The position numbers and the translations under genes were made by a program. A stretch of 64,000 bases of DNA from Candidatus Latescibacterota bacterium (GTDB lineage: Bacteria > Latescibacterota > UBA2968 > GCA-2709665): positions 4,736,001 through 4,800,000 of the forward strand of contig CBDCOX010000002.1 of NCBI GenBank assembly GCA_965219995.1, written 5' to 3'. Shown here piece by piece: positions 47,720-57,683 of this stretch. The notes beneath the pieces were generated by a model that ran no database searches, had not been told where the DNA came from, and saw nothing but the letters and a program-made list of their open reading frames with translations. Each line of letters opens with the position of its first letter. The stretch's first letter is position 1.

Positions 47720-50440
47720 TTAGAACATGAATCCGCCGCGCAGATACACTCCCGTCAAATCGTCACCTCTTACGACGGCCGCACTTACCGTGTGCCTGCG
47801 GTTCAGAAAGGACAGCCAGAATCCACCCCCGATACCGGTGTGCCACTTGCCGGCGCTTGAAGGATCGCCGTCGTAAAATACCCTGCCGGCATCGGCTGTG
47901 CCGAACAGCCCCAGTTCACCCGCAACGAAGAGGTTGATCTCTGCGAGAACGAGCCGAAGTTCGGAATTTCCGAACAGCGAGGTATCTCCCGCGAACCTGT
48001 TTTTCTGGTATCCGCGTAAATTTCCGCCCGATATTCCAGTGCCGACAACGCCGGTCCCACCCAGAAAAGCGCTTTCAAAAAACGGATAGGATCCCCAGAC
48101 CTTCCTGGCGCCGCCTCTCACGGCGAGTGTCGGCCTGGTCGGCATACGTACAGTCAGGTACGTACTGGCTTCTCCTTTTATGCTGCCGAACATGGAATCC
48201 ACGTTCCACATTTCCGGGTAGATGGCTGCGCCGACCATGACCCGGATCCCCCGAGTGGGATACCCCGGGTTGTTCCGCGTATCGAACCTGATTTCGCCCT
48301 GTGCGCCAATCTGACCGAAAGCGCCCACACCGTAGAGCTGGTTGTCCATGGAACCGATCAGCGTCCCTTTGTTGGATCCGGATGGGGTGTTGGAATACTT
48401 GATGACAGGACCAAAGTGGACGTTTAATCTCGACCGAAGCGAAGCCAGGCTGAAACCGGACATTTCTTCCCTGTAGTCCGCTCCTCGATACTCCAGCGCC
48501 GGCGCAAGAACGAGAGAATATCTCGTCACCTTATAAAACGAACGTGGTCGTCGAATTTCCGTTTCATTGCCGAAGCCGTAGAACCGCAGCGACCGGATAC
48601 CGGAGAAATCAAAGCGGACGTTCGCGTCGAATTCACGCAGGGGTCGACGAAAATGGCCGGTATATGAGAGAAAGGGTCTGACGCTTTCGAAACCGTTCAC
48701 TCCCGCGAGCCCGGCTACAAATGTGTGTTGTGCGGAGAAAGGGTCTTTCCGATAACCGAAGTACTGCCGGGTGTGAAGTAAACCCGTATACACGGTCAGG
48801 TCCGGATCGATCATGAATATGGGCAGACTTCCGGACCGTTTGCCCCAGTCCAGCGCGTACCTGGCGTTCGGTGTGTGGGTTCCGTGGGGCCGTTGGTACG
48901 AGCTCTCGTCGATCCTCGCTCCCTCGCCGGTGACAAACCGGTTCTTTCCGCGCGAATCGTAAAACCGGGTCTTCGAGGCGCCGGATTCGGATCCATTCGT
49001 CAGCGTGTCATCCCCGCCGCCGCCGTCGATGTGGACGACAATCGGGCCCCCGGGTCCGGACACTTCCGCACGGTCGTCTCCACCCCGAAGGTGGATCCGG
49101 ACTTCCCGCGTTTCTCCCGGTTGAAACGTCCGCTGGAAATAGGGCGGCTTCTTCTCTCCCGCGGCACCCTTCATCAGACCGATTCGGACGTTGAGATTCC
49201 CGTCAGGCAGGTGCTCGCAGTGGACGTACTCGTCCTTGTCCGTCGTTTTGATTTCGGCCTCACGGTTGATCATCTCGTAGTATCGGCCTGCGAATTCGGG
49301 CAGTGCGTCTCGCCGCGATTTGAGCGCCCGGGTCAAAGATTCGCCAATCAGGGAGTGAAACGGCGGCGGCAGCTTCCGCACGGCGTTGTCGATGACCGGG
49401 TCCGGCAGATCCTTGCGAAAGGCCGACACGACCGAGTTCCAGGCGGCTCTATCGAGTTCGGCCAGGAATTCCCGGTCTATTTCCCATCCGGTCATTGAAA
49501 GGCCGATCAGGCTGGGGAACTTCTCCTTAAACTTGATCTGAATGGGAAAGCGTCCTCGCGCGATCGCCATCGCAACGCCTTCGAAGTGGATGAAGGCCTG
49601 GTCGCGGTCCTCCGGAATCGGCAGCCACGTGTAACAGTCGCCATCGGGAAACCGCGCCCATCTCCACTGACCGTAGTGGCGGTCCTTGTCATTGACGAGA
49701 AAGTCCATCAGTCTCGCTTTCAGAAAGGCCCGGGCATCGACGCGGTTGCAGGGGCTTTTCTCCAGGTGGTCCCGCAGCTTGTCCGTACCGCTGACCTTCC
49801 GCGAACCGGCGAATCCGGGCGCGTCGTCCTTACCTTCCGACGGGTGTTCCTGCAGCATTCCGATAAGGCCGGCGAATCGCTCCCGATATTCCTTCAGTCT
49901 CGGATCGTCCGGAATAACGACCAGCGTATGCCTGGAATGCAGGATGCCGGCTGCCTCCATCAGCGGATCGACCACGAGCGCGCCCGTCGGCAGCATCGCG
50001 CAGATCAGATCGTGAAGGACGTCGCCCACGACCGTATTGGCGATTTCGTCAGGGACCCTCCTGGTCGCGTCCTTGTCCAGCGAACGAACCGTGTACCGCC
50101 GGCCGTCTTCCCCTGTAAAGTGCAAAGAGACGGACTGTCCGAAGCCGCCGGTGCGAAGCGGGGTCAGGCCGCCGCCGACGCCGTCGAGGTCAAGGACCGC
50201 GACCTCGACGGGGGTATTCCACAGGTCCCGGTAATTCGCCCCGTAGAACCAGCGTTTGAGCCCGTCGGCGCGAAATCTCTCCCCTGGAATCACCTTATGG
50301 GTTCTTGCTCCGGGCGGAGGAACGGATCGGTGAATCCTTGACCCTGGAGCCGGCGAATCCTTCTGAGATGCGGATGCTGCCGGAACCGAAAGGGCGAACA
50401 CGAGCAGGAGATTAAGGGGGTTCCACCAGGAAAGTACCAT
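47720..50440 (-). CDS. Omp85/BamA-TamA-type outer-membrane protein with an N-terminal atypical kinase-like domain
   Basis: Signal peptide; 'GGFGQS', 'DKDRHYGQW', 'PIPEDRDQAF'. Barrel motifs 'DTRNN..YPTRG', 'LRGYQKNRFAG', 'DAGRVF', C-terminal Phe. Confidence 0.78.
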   Translation of the reverse strand: MVLSWWNPLNLLLVFALSVPAASASQKDSPAPGSRIHRSVPPPGARTHKVIPGERFRADGLKRWFYGANYRDLWNTPVEVAVLDLDGVGGGLTPLRTGGFGQSVSLHFTGEDGRRYTVRSLDKDATRRVPDEIANTVVGDVLHDLICAMLPTGALVVDPLMEAAGILHSRHTLVVIPDDPRLKEYRERFAGLIGMLQEHPSEGKDDAPGFAGSRKVSGTDKLRDHLEKSPCNRVDARAFLKARLMDFLVNDKDRHYGQWRWARFPDGDCYTWLPIPEDRDQAFIHFEGVAMAIARGRFPIQIKFKEKFPSLIGLSMTGWEIDREFLAELDRAAWNSVVSAFRKDLPDPVIDNAVRKLPPPFHSLIGESLTRALKSRRDALPEFAGRYYEMINREAEIKTTDKDEYVHCEHLPDGNLNVRIGLMKGAAGEKKPPYFQRTFQPGETREVRIHLRGGDDRAEVSGPGGPIVVHIDGGGGDDTLTNGSESGASKTRFYDSRGKNRFVTGEGARIDESSYQRPHGTHTPNARYALDWGKRSGSLPIFMIDPDLTVYTGLLHTRQYFGYRKDPFSAQHTFVAGLAGVNGFESVRPFLSYTGHFRRPLREFDANVRFDFSGIRSLRFYGFGNETEIRRPRSFYKVTRYSLVLAPALEYRGADYREEMSGFSLASLRSRLNVHFGPVIKYSNTPSGSNKGTLIGSMDNQLYGVGAFGQIGAQGEIRFDTRNNPGYPTRGIRVMVGAAIYPEMWNVDSMFGSIKGEASTYLTVRMPTRPTLAVRGGARKVWGSYPFFESAFLGGTGVVGTGISGGNLRGYQKNRFAGDTSLFGNSELRLVLAEINLFVAGELGLFGTADAGRVFYDGDPSSAGKWHTGIGGGFWLSFLNRRHTVSAAVVRGDDLTGVYLRGGFMF

Positions 50441-50756
50441 TGTTGTCCCTTACGTTTCAGGGTGGTTCGGAAAACCTTAAGCTGTCCGAAGGTTGTCTCG
50501 GTAACGGTCCTTTCCCGTGCGAGAGTGATCCTGAATATTAACCTTGATTCGTCATTATTCGGGGACGTTAATTCGAATATGTGCAAGTGAATAAAGGCGA
50601 TTTAACTGCTGATTTCTATGATGCTTCAGGTCACTGGACGTGAACGGAAAAAATGTCCTTCCGGACGACCTCTTCGGCGCGTTTCGCAGCGATACCCTTT
50701 GTGCCTTTTTGTGCTTTTTGTGGCCAATTTAACGGTTGTCTTTTTTCGAATTGAGG

Positions 50757-53006
50757 TTAAAACCCGAATCCGATCGCCGCGTTGATCTTGATATCCTTTT
50801 TCTGCGTGCTCACAATATCGACGCGAATGGGTCCCAGAAGCGTTGTGGTGACATAGCCTCCAACTCCGAAACCGTGGATGGGGGTATAATCCTGCTCCGG
50901 ATTTGAACTCATATCATAGAGTCCGCCCTGATAGAAGATCCCGATCCCACTGCGCGGCAGGGATTCCCAGAATTTGACGTGCCTCCATATGGATACGCCG
51001 ACCGATGCGAACCTGGCAGCCCTCAATTCATCCCGCTTGAGTCCGACCACCGGCAATGCCGCGCTGCTGAAATGTCCTGCACCGCCCAATGGGAAGAATT
51101 CAAATACTGGAGCGGGCTGTGTCACATAGCCTCCGTAGGACCAGAGGCCGACACTCCATCCCGACCGGGGACTTGCGTGGAACGCGAATCGGGTTTGAAT
51201 CTGCTTATGTGAAAACGTCCGGTGGACCCACTTCGCGCGTGTCTGAAAATAGACGCCCTGTGTTGGCACCATCGAGTCGTCTCGCGTGTCAATTCCTGCG
51301 GTTAACCATAAGCCGGGCAGGAATTCGGACGCGTCGCCTATCGAACGGGCCGCATAGTGGATACGGGCGTGCTCCAACTGATACCCTGCCTGGAAACCAC
51401 CCCAGCTGTGGAACAACGCCTGCAATCCAAGTCGCGAGCGAAAACGCCTTTCCTTGTACCCGCCCTCACGTTGCCGATTTCGAAAATACAAACGGTCCTG
51501 GTCCCATCCCTGGATCTCCCCGAGCAGACCGAGGCGCCCGGATGTCCTGAAAATCATGACCAGTTCAGCGAAATTCAAATTTCCCACCAGACCGCGAAGG
51601 TGGAGTTCCGATATGCGGCCAAGTGTACTTTGATGCGCAATCTCGCCCAGCACCGAAACCCGGTAATCGTTGTTGTAATGAATCCCCACTTTCAACTCGC
51701 TCGGGGGGTTTTCGAGCACGTGAAAGACCAATTCGGTCTCGCCTTCATGATAGAAGACGTGAAAATCCACCGTCTGAAACAATCCTGTGGCGTGCAACCG
51801 CGCGCACTCGCGTTCGAGTTCCTTAAAGGATATCGGCCTGTTGACGAACTTTTCCAGCCGTACCTTGAACCGGGTCTCCGAATAGCGCTGTACGCCCTCT
51901 ATCCGAACCCGGTCGATTACCACTTCCGGCGGTATATCCGCCCACATATTGATATCGAACTCTTCCGGCAATCTGGACGTTCTTGGTTTTCCGACGCTTC
52001 TTGGTACACCAAGCGTCTGCAATGCGATCCAGATCTCGTCCATTTCCTTTTCAGTTGCCTGTTCACCAATCGGAATCAGGGTATACGACCGATTGAAATC
52101 GCTTCCATCGAAGTTGTGCAGTTCGGGCAATATCAACACATGGGAGCGTTCCCGGTTTGCGATTTTTCTTTCTTCTATCCGAAAACTGACGGCCTGGTCG
52201 ATGACGTCGATAATATCCTGAATTTCCTCTTTTAGTGTACGCAGGGGCGTGGCGCAGTCCACGGCAATGACAAAATCGGCGCCAGCGTCCAATGCGACGT
52301 CCACCGGCAGGTTATTGACGATGCCGCCATCCACGAGATGGGTGTGTTCCGTACTCAGCGGCGCAAACACTCCTGGAACGGAAATGCTCGCTCTGATTGC
52401 AGCACCGAGCGAGCCGTTATCGATCACGACCTGTTCTCCGGACAGAATGTCGGTTGCAATTGCACGAAAAGGCGTTGGTAGTTGATCGAAGTCGTTGCGC
52501 GCCCTGTAGGTTGCGCCAATGGTCAGTTGATTGAGGAATTGATGGATCTTCTGTCCGGCAAAGATTCCATAAGGCAATTTCAGTTTCAGCTCTTCAAGGT
52601 GCAATGCGAGCATCTGACGGTCGGCCATTGGTTTACGGTTCATGTTCGACAGGCGCCGGTCCGGGCTGTTGCTGGTGATCTCCCACCAGTCGGTTTCCAG
52701 GATTACACGCTGGAGATCGTCAACGGAATATCCCGCGGCGTACAGACCCCCAACCAGGGCGCCATAACTTACCCCCACAATCATATCTATAGGTACGCCT
52801 TCGCGCTCCAGTACGCGCAACACGCCGATATGGGCGCCTCCGCGCGCGCCTCCTCCACTGAGTACTAGCGCGACCCGCGGTCTCTCGGCCGCAGACGAAG
52901 GACGCGTGCTGAATACGACGGAAACGGAACACAAAAGGAGCAGACCGAAAACGGTCAGGCGTTGAGTCATCCGACCTCTGGTCGTGTTCGTTATCTCGTC
53001 CGACAT
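50757..53006 (-). CDS. Patatin-like phospholipase-POTRA-Omp85 barrel fusion (PlpD/type Vd-like)
   Basis: 'LSGGGARGGAHIG', nucleophile 'GVSYG', 'DGG', POTRA-like segment, 'DTRDD..PTQG', C-terminal 'IGFGF'. Confidence 0.9.
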   Translation of the reverse strand: MSDEITNTTRGRMTQRLTVFGLLLLCSVSVVFSTRPSSAAERPRVALVLSGGGARGGAHIGVLRVLEREGVPIDMIVGVSYGALVGGLYAAGYSVDDLQRVILETDWWEITSNSPDRRLSNMNRKPMADRQMLALHLEELKLKLPYGIFAGQKIHQFLNQLTIGATYRARNDFDQLPTPFRAIATDILSGEQVVIDNGSLGAAIRASISVPGVFAPLSTEHTHLVDGGIVNNLPVDVALDAGADFVIAVDCATPLRTLKEEIQDIIDVIDQAVSFRIEERKIANRERSHVLILPELHNFDGSDFNRSYTLIPIGEQATEKEMDEIWIALQTLGVPRSVGKPRTSRLPEEFDINMWADIPPEVVIDRVRIEGVQRYSETRFKVRLEKFVNRPISFKELERECARLHATGLFQTVDFHVFYHEGETELVFHVLENPPSELKVGIHYNNDYRVSVLGEIAHQSTLGRISELHLRGLVGNLNFAELVMIFRTSGRLGLLGEIQGWDQDRLYFRNRQREGGYKERRFRSRLGLQALFHSWGGFQAGYQLEHARIHYAARSIGDASEFLPGLWLTAGIDTRDDSMVPTQGVYFQTRAKWVHRTFSHKQIQTRFAFHASPRSGWSVGLWSYGGYVTQPAPVFEFFPLGGAGHFSSAALPVVGLKRDELRAARFASVGVSIWRHVKFWESLPRSGIGIFYQGGLYDMSSNPEQDYTPIHGFGVGGYVTTTLLGPIRVDIVSTQKKDIKINAAIGFGF

Positions 53007-53513
53007 CCGGTTGCCCGTTTCAAATGTAATGGTTCGGTTTTGACGTCGCATAACGCGAAAATCCAACAATCGCCTCGCGAAAAGCGCAGATTCCCAATCG
53101 GGAACGACGTATATTCAAGATAGTTAACGGTGTGTTTCAATTGCAAGCCCTTCATGGCTGCAAGGACACAGAGAACGGTACCGGTTTGCACGCTTTGGAA
53201 CCCGGTTGGAGCTTAAACGACGTTCGATATATTCTTCGGCATATAGAATCCCCTGAAAGCCCTAAAGATGTCAAGGTTGAAGGTTTGTCGAATGGTACTG
53301 AATTTGTCCCGGATTCCACTTTATCGCCGTTAATGGTCGATTTGTTTCGATGTTGCGTTGCTTTCGTCGGAAATGCGCAGGATCGAGCAGGTCGGATGAA
53401 CATCCGATCCGGAACAGGATTGGTTGACTGAGGCGGATTCGACGCTCGTCCCTCCGGGTTTTTCGCTCCCTTGAATTCAAACAGTGTCCGGAACTCCCGG
53501 CTGGAGGTAGAAT

Positions 53514-56500
53514 ATGGAAAACCTTGCGTTGCACAGCAACGGCAGCCGGCCGTACGTGAGCAGTATTTCTTACAACCACCACGCGTCCAGGATCAACGAC
53601 GGAATCCTGCCGACTGACGAGGCGTCCACGAGCGATACGGCCTGGGTTTCGGCGTCCGAATCCCTGCCGCAATGGGCTACGGTTGTGTTTTCAAGGGTCG
53701 CCCGGGTTGACCGCGTGGCGATTTACTGGGGGACGGGGCGGCTGCCCGAATCCTCACGCCGGATCGAAGTTCAGGGTCGTATTGAGGGTGCGTGGGTCAC
53801 CCTTTCGGCGCGGGAAATCCGGGCGCCCGAGCCAAAAACCGAGTTGGTTTTCGAACCTGTTCAGGTTGAAGCAGTGCGGATCTGGCAGGACGCGGACGGA
53901 GGCCCGGAATCGACGCCGGGCCGGATGCACGTCGCGCAGCTGGAAGCGTACGGCGAGTTCGTGGAAGGTCGAGCGGTGGATTTTCCGGGAATCCGGGACG
54001 CACTCAGGGAGGAGTGGGAACGCAATTTTTGGCAGGCGCGGCGGGAGATTACACGGGAGGTCCTGGAACGGATCGACCGGTCCCCCGCGCGCCGGTCTGC
54101 GACCGGACCGGTGGGGGTTGACGAAATCGCGCGGGCGCGGCGCAACCGTGCGTCCACGGCGTGGGGAAGGGCACAGGCGGAGAAGATCCTTGAGGACGCG
54201 TCGTGGTGGCTGGACAAGGACGATGAATTCATCTACCGGTTCATACCCACGCAGAATCCGCGTGCGATTTCGCCGAGTTACGAGCGGGGTTGTCCGATCC
54301 ACGGCGGCGGCCGCAAGTGCATGCGGACGAATACGGCGCTGGAGTACCGGTGGCAATGCGTCATTGGCGGGGAGTGGTGGTACAACGGTGCGGTCGTGGA
54401 CAATCCGGTCACGGGTGAGCCGGTGGAAGTGCTTGACGACGACGACGGATGGACCGCGCCCGAGGGGTTCGCCCATCCGGGGACGATTTATCACTTCAAT
54501 TCCGCGTGGCGATATTATGTGCTTACAAAGCTGTTCTTTCATCCTTACGAATTGACGGTCCCGTCCGGGGATGCCTATACCGGCGACAGGGCCATTCTGC
54601 AGTTGTCGCGCGCCTATGCAATTACAGGAGATGAGCGGTACGCCCACAAAGCCGGCGTAATGCTGAACCGGCTGGCGGAGGTCTACCGGTACTACAACGG
54701 AACGGTGGACGAACAACGCCCGCTGACCCGCGGCTATGTAGTGCAGGTGAGCTGGGAAGAAATGCTGATCTATAACTGTATGTCGGCCTGCGACCTTGTG
54801 ATGGACTCGATGTTGAAAGACGAAGCGCTCCTGGCCTTCTTCAGGGCAAAGGGCGACTGCGACTACAACGGGGACGGGCGCGTGGATTTCGAGGACATAC
54901 GCTACAATATCCGGCACAACCTGTTCGGCTATATGTACGAGTGGCTGCACCGCGCCATGGCGATCCAGACCGGGGATTACATCATCCGGGAAGGGCTGGT
55001 GCTCTGGGCGCTGGGCGAAATGCTCGGTAATGAGGAACTGGTAGACGAAGCCATCGAAGGTCGGTACGGGCTGGCCGTGAATTTGACCAACAACACGTTC
55101 CGCGACGGAAAGTGGTGGTACGACGCGCCCGGCTACTCGGTCAGTTCGATTACGCGGACGATTCTGGACCGGTTGTGTTCAATGAAGGGCACGGAACGGC
55201 TCCGGGATCCCCGCCTTCGGATTCGCGAGTCCATTGAGTTCGCCCGGAACATATACTGCGATGGCCGGATTCCCGCCATCGGCGATACCGGCGGCGGCGA
55301 CTCCAGGAAGAAGGTGCTGGATCCGCTCGCGAACTGCGATGTTGAAGAACTGGCATACATCCACACCGGTGACGACGAGTATCGGAACCGACTGCTCGCG
55401 CTTTCGAAAGGCGCTGTCAACGGGGCCAGGGCGCGATATGCCGATGCGAACCTGCTGTTTCACGCGGATGCGGTAACCGGGACCGCCGCCCCGCATGTGC
55501 CGTGCACGACGCTATTCCACGACTCAGGCATCGCGATCCTCAGAACGGGGAGCGAAGTAACGACGAGGAAGCATCTGGTTCTGAACTTCGGAAAGGGCAG
55601 CGGCGGACACGGGCACCGGGACAAGCTGTCAATCAACCTGATTGCGTTCGGGTACGATCTGGCGTGCGATCTGGGGTATCCGACGACGTTTACGCACAAG
55701 AAGGTGGACGGGTGGGAGAAGCATACCGCCAGCCATGCGACCGTATGCATCGACGGCCGGGCACAGGAGATCGCCACGGGCAGCCTGCGGTTCTTCGGAC
55801 GAACGCCGGGAATGCAGGCCGTCTGCGCATCCGGAGAACGGGCGTATCCGGGATGCGCCGGGGTGTACGAGCGGACGCTTGTTATGGTGGATGCGCCGGG
55901 ATCCGACACGTATGTCTTTGATCTGTTCCGCGTCCAGGGAGGCGCGACCCACGACTATATGTTCCGGAGTCTGAGCGGGGACGACGGCGAGGGCTTCAGT
56001 ACGGAGTTTCCCGCCGGGACGAAGACGGTGCGCCAGCCCCGGGGTACGGCGGCCGGGGAGGACGTCGCGTTCGGGACATTGCCGGGTCCGGGATATATCA
56101 AGGATGTCAGCCGGACGTTCTGTTCGGGCACGTGGTCGGCCACGTGGGGGGCGGGGGACGAGGACAGTACGGGCATCCGTCTGACGATGCTGGGGAATCC
56201 CGGCCGGGAGATTATCAACGGAAAGGGAGAAGGATTCGGATTTTTCGGCCAGAGCCCGTGGGATGCCTGTGTGGCGGTGAGACAATCGACCGAAGGCGGC
56301 GAGTCGATCTTTGGGGGCGTGCTGGAGCCGTTCCAGGTCGACCCGTTCGTCAGGTCGGTGAAAGCCTTGGACGTGTCCGGCGGTATCGGCGCAATGGTAT
56401 GCCTGGATGGCAGAACCGATTACCTGCTTCGCAGGTTGGCGGAGGGGGAAGTCTGTACTGCTGAAATCGACGGAGCACCGGTGACATTCGACGCGGAAGT

Positions 56501-57149
56501 GGCAAGGGTTACCGTGTATGAGTCGGGCGGGTGCGACTTGCACATCCTGCATGGAATCTGGCTGCAATTCGGGGACGAGGTCCTGGAAGGCGGCGCCTTG
56601 CCGCTCGGCAGGGTGGATACCGTCGATCCGGGAGGCGATTCGGTCGTTTTGGACCTGGATTCGGGAGACGGGATCGTGGAAGGGGATGTGGTCGTATTCA
56701 ACAATCCGGACTATACGTGCAATTCCAGCTACGAGGTTGCCACCGCCGAAGCGATGGATGGAAACCGGTTCAGAATCGGGTTAAGCATGTCCCTGAACCT
56801 GTCGGAAGGCGTGGTACGAGCGGTAGACAGAGAGCGCGGGTTATTTGCAACGGACACGTGCATGACCAAGCTGGAAGCGTGTCCGGGTGGTCTGTTCGAC
56901 GGGAAGGCGGTCCACTCGGCGGGCAGAGCCCTCGGCGCGATCGAAACCGCGGGGAAAGACATCCTCGGGCCGGAAGAACGGACATTCGCGAGCGGGACGG
57001 GCGGCGGGAGTGCGTCTTTGAGCTGTTTCAGGTTCCTGGATCCGCGCTCGGCGTCGGGGTTGAACGTGGGGGACCGGTTCCTGGTGTGCGACCTGACCGC
57101 AGGCGACCGGTTCGAGGTGATGCGATCGGCATTCAGGACCGTCGCGTGA
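53514..57149 (+). CDS. Large heparinase II/III-like polysaccharide lyase with an N-terminal discoidin (F5/8C)-like domain
   Basis: N-terminal 'RINDG...TAWVS...PQWATV'; (alpha/alpha) region 'AYAITGDERYA'; 'PAIGD', 'GHGHRDKLSINL', 'DLGYP', 'HTASHATVCIDG'. GGAGG RBS. Confidence 0.8.
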   Translation: MENLALHSNGSRPYVSSISYNHHASRINDGILPTDEASTSDTAWVSASESLPQWATVVFSRVARVDRVAIYWGTGRLPESSRRIEVQGRIEGAWVTLSAREIRAPEPKTELVFEPVQVEAVRIWQDADGGPESTPGRMHVAQLEAYGEFVEGRAVDFPGIRDALREEWERNFWQARREITREVLERIDRSPARRSATGPVGVDEIARARRNRASTAWGRAQAEKILEDASWWLDKDDEFIYRFIPTQNPRAISPSYERGCPIHGGGRKCMRTNTALEYRWQCVIGGEWWYNGAVVDNPVTGEPVEVLDDDDGWTAPEGFAHPGTIYHFNSAWRYYVLTKLFFHPYELTVPSGDAYTGDRAILQLSRAYAITGDERYAHKAGVMLNRLAEVYRYYNGTVDEQRPLTRGYVVQVSWEEMLIYNCMSACDLVMDSMLKDEALLAFFRAKGDCDYNGDGRVDFEDIRYNIRHNLFGYMYEWLHRAMAIQTGDYIIREGLVLWALGEMLGNEELVDEAIEGRYGLAVNLTNNTFRDGKWWYDAPGYSVSSITRTILDRLCSMKGTERLRDPRLRIRESIEFARNIYCDGRIPAIGDTGGGDSRKKVLDPLANCDVEELAYIHTGDDEYRNRLLALSKGAVNGARARYADANLLFHADAVTGTAAPHVPCTTLFHDSGIAILRTGSEVTTRKHLVLNFGKGSGGHGHRDKLSINLIAFGYDLACDLGYPTTFTHKKVDGWEKHTASHATVCIDGRAQEIATGSLRFFGRTPGMQAVCASGERAYPGCAGVYERTLVMVDAPGSDTYVFDLFRVQGGATHDYMFRSLSGDDGEGFSTEFPAGTKTVRQPRGTAAGEDVAFGTLPGPGYIKDVSRTFCSGTWSATWGAGDEDSTGIRLTMLGNPGREIINGKGEGFGFFGQSPWDACVAVRQSTEGGESIFGGVLEPFQVDPFVRSVKALDVSGGIGAMVCLDGRTDYLLRRLAEGEVCTAEIDGAPVTFDAEVARVTVYESGGCDLHILHGIWLQFGDEVLEGGALPLGRVDTVDPGGDSVVLDLDSGDGIVEGDVVVFNNPDYTCNSSYEVATAEAMDGNRFRIGLSMSLNLSEGVVRAVDRERGLFATDTCMTKLEACPGGLFDGKAVHSAGRALGAIETAGKDILGPEERTFASGTGGGSASLSCFRFLDPRSASGLNVGDRFLVCDLTAGDRFEVMRSAFRTVA

Positions 57150-57344
57150 ACAATGACAAAGAAAACGGCCATTACCAGAGGCCCCAAGGTAGTGGTATCT
57201 GCGGGCTGAGGACCGATTGGACGATTCTCAGGTGCCGCTAAAGGTTGGCTACCTCTGGTGCCTGGGCAATGGCTTGCAAGACAAGATAGATCCGGGCAAT
57301 TGGGAAGTCAACAGTAAATCGTCGATCCAACCGCTGCACCGGTA

Positions 57345-57565
57345 AAGGCGGGGAGACGGAAGAGGGTAGACGGTAGTTAAAGGCGGTGAGACGTAAGACG
57401 GTAGACGGTAGAAGACGTCCTTGCCCGATTGATTCTACCTTAATGCCTCTGGCAAGATGTAAAACCACGCGGGGCACACAATATCTCACGTCTCCCGTCT
57501 AACGTCTACCCGTTCTTCAGGCATTCATTGCCTCTCCCCTCTTACGTCTATCGTCTCCCCGCCTT
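57345..57565. repeat. Dispersed palindromic intergenic repeat, copy C
   Basis: Core nearly identical to copy B. Bounded by a perfect 14-bp inverted repeat AAGGCGGGGAGACG / CGTCTCCCCGCCTT. Confidence 0.88.
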
Positions 57566-57594
57566 CGCCAGAGGTCTGCGCCATCGATCAATTC

Positions 57595-57619
57595 GTAGGG
57601 GCAACCCTTGTGGTTGCCC
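57595..57619 (+). repeat. GTAG-type REP-like palindrome
   Basis: GTAG GGGCAACC CTTGT GGTTGCCC, nearly identical to the copy at 15813-15837. Confidence 0.78.
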
Positions 57620-57683
57620 GCCTTTCGACTGTTTCTCTTCGTGTCTTTGTGTCTCCGTGTGAGCTGATTCCTGTCCGGACGGG

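Noticed and set aside
50697-50724. Short (CTTTGTGY)-like periodic runs here and at 57637-57662
   Set aside because: Only about three degenerate units each, too short to assign a function or a mobile origin.
53070-53513. Small ORFs (53132-53431, 53152-53403) in the divergent intergenic region
   Set aside because: They have no motifs or RBS and atypical composition. The region is more likely promoter DNA.
57238-57489. 83-aa ORF, and the N-terminal extension of ORF 15857-16507
   Set aside because: Both are read through the dispersed palindromic repeat.
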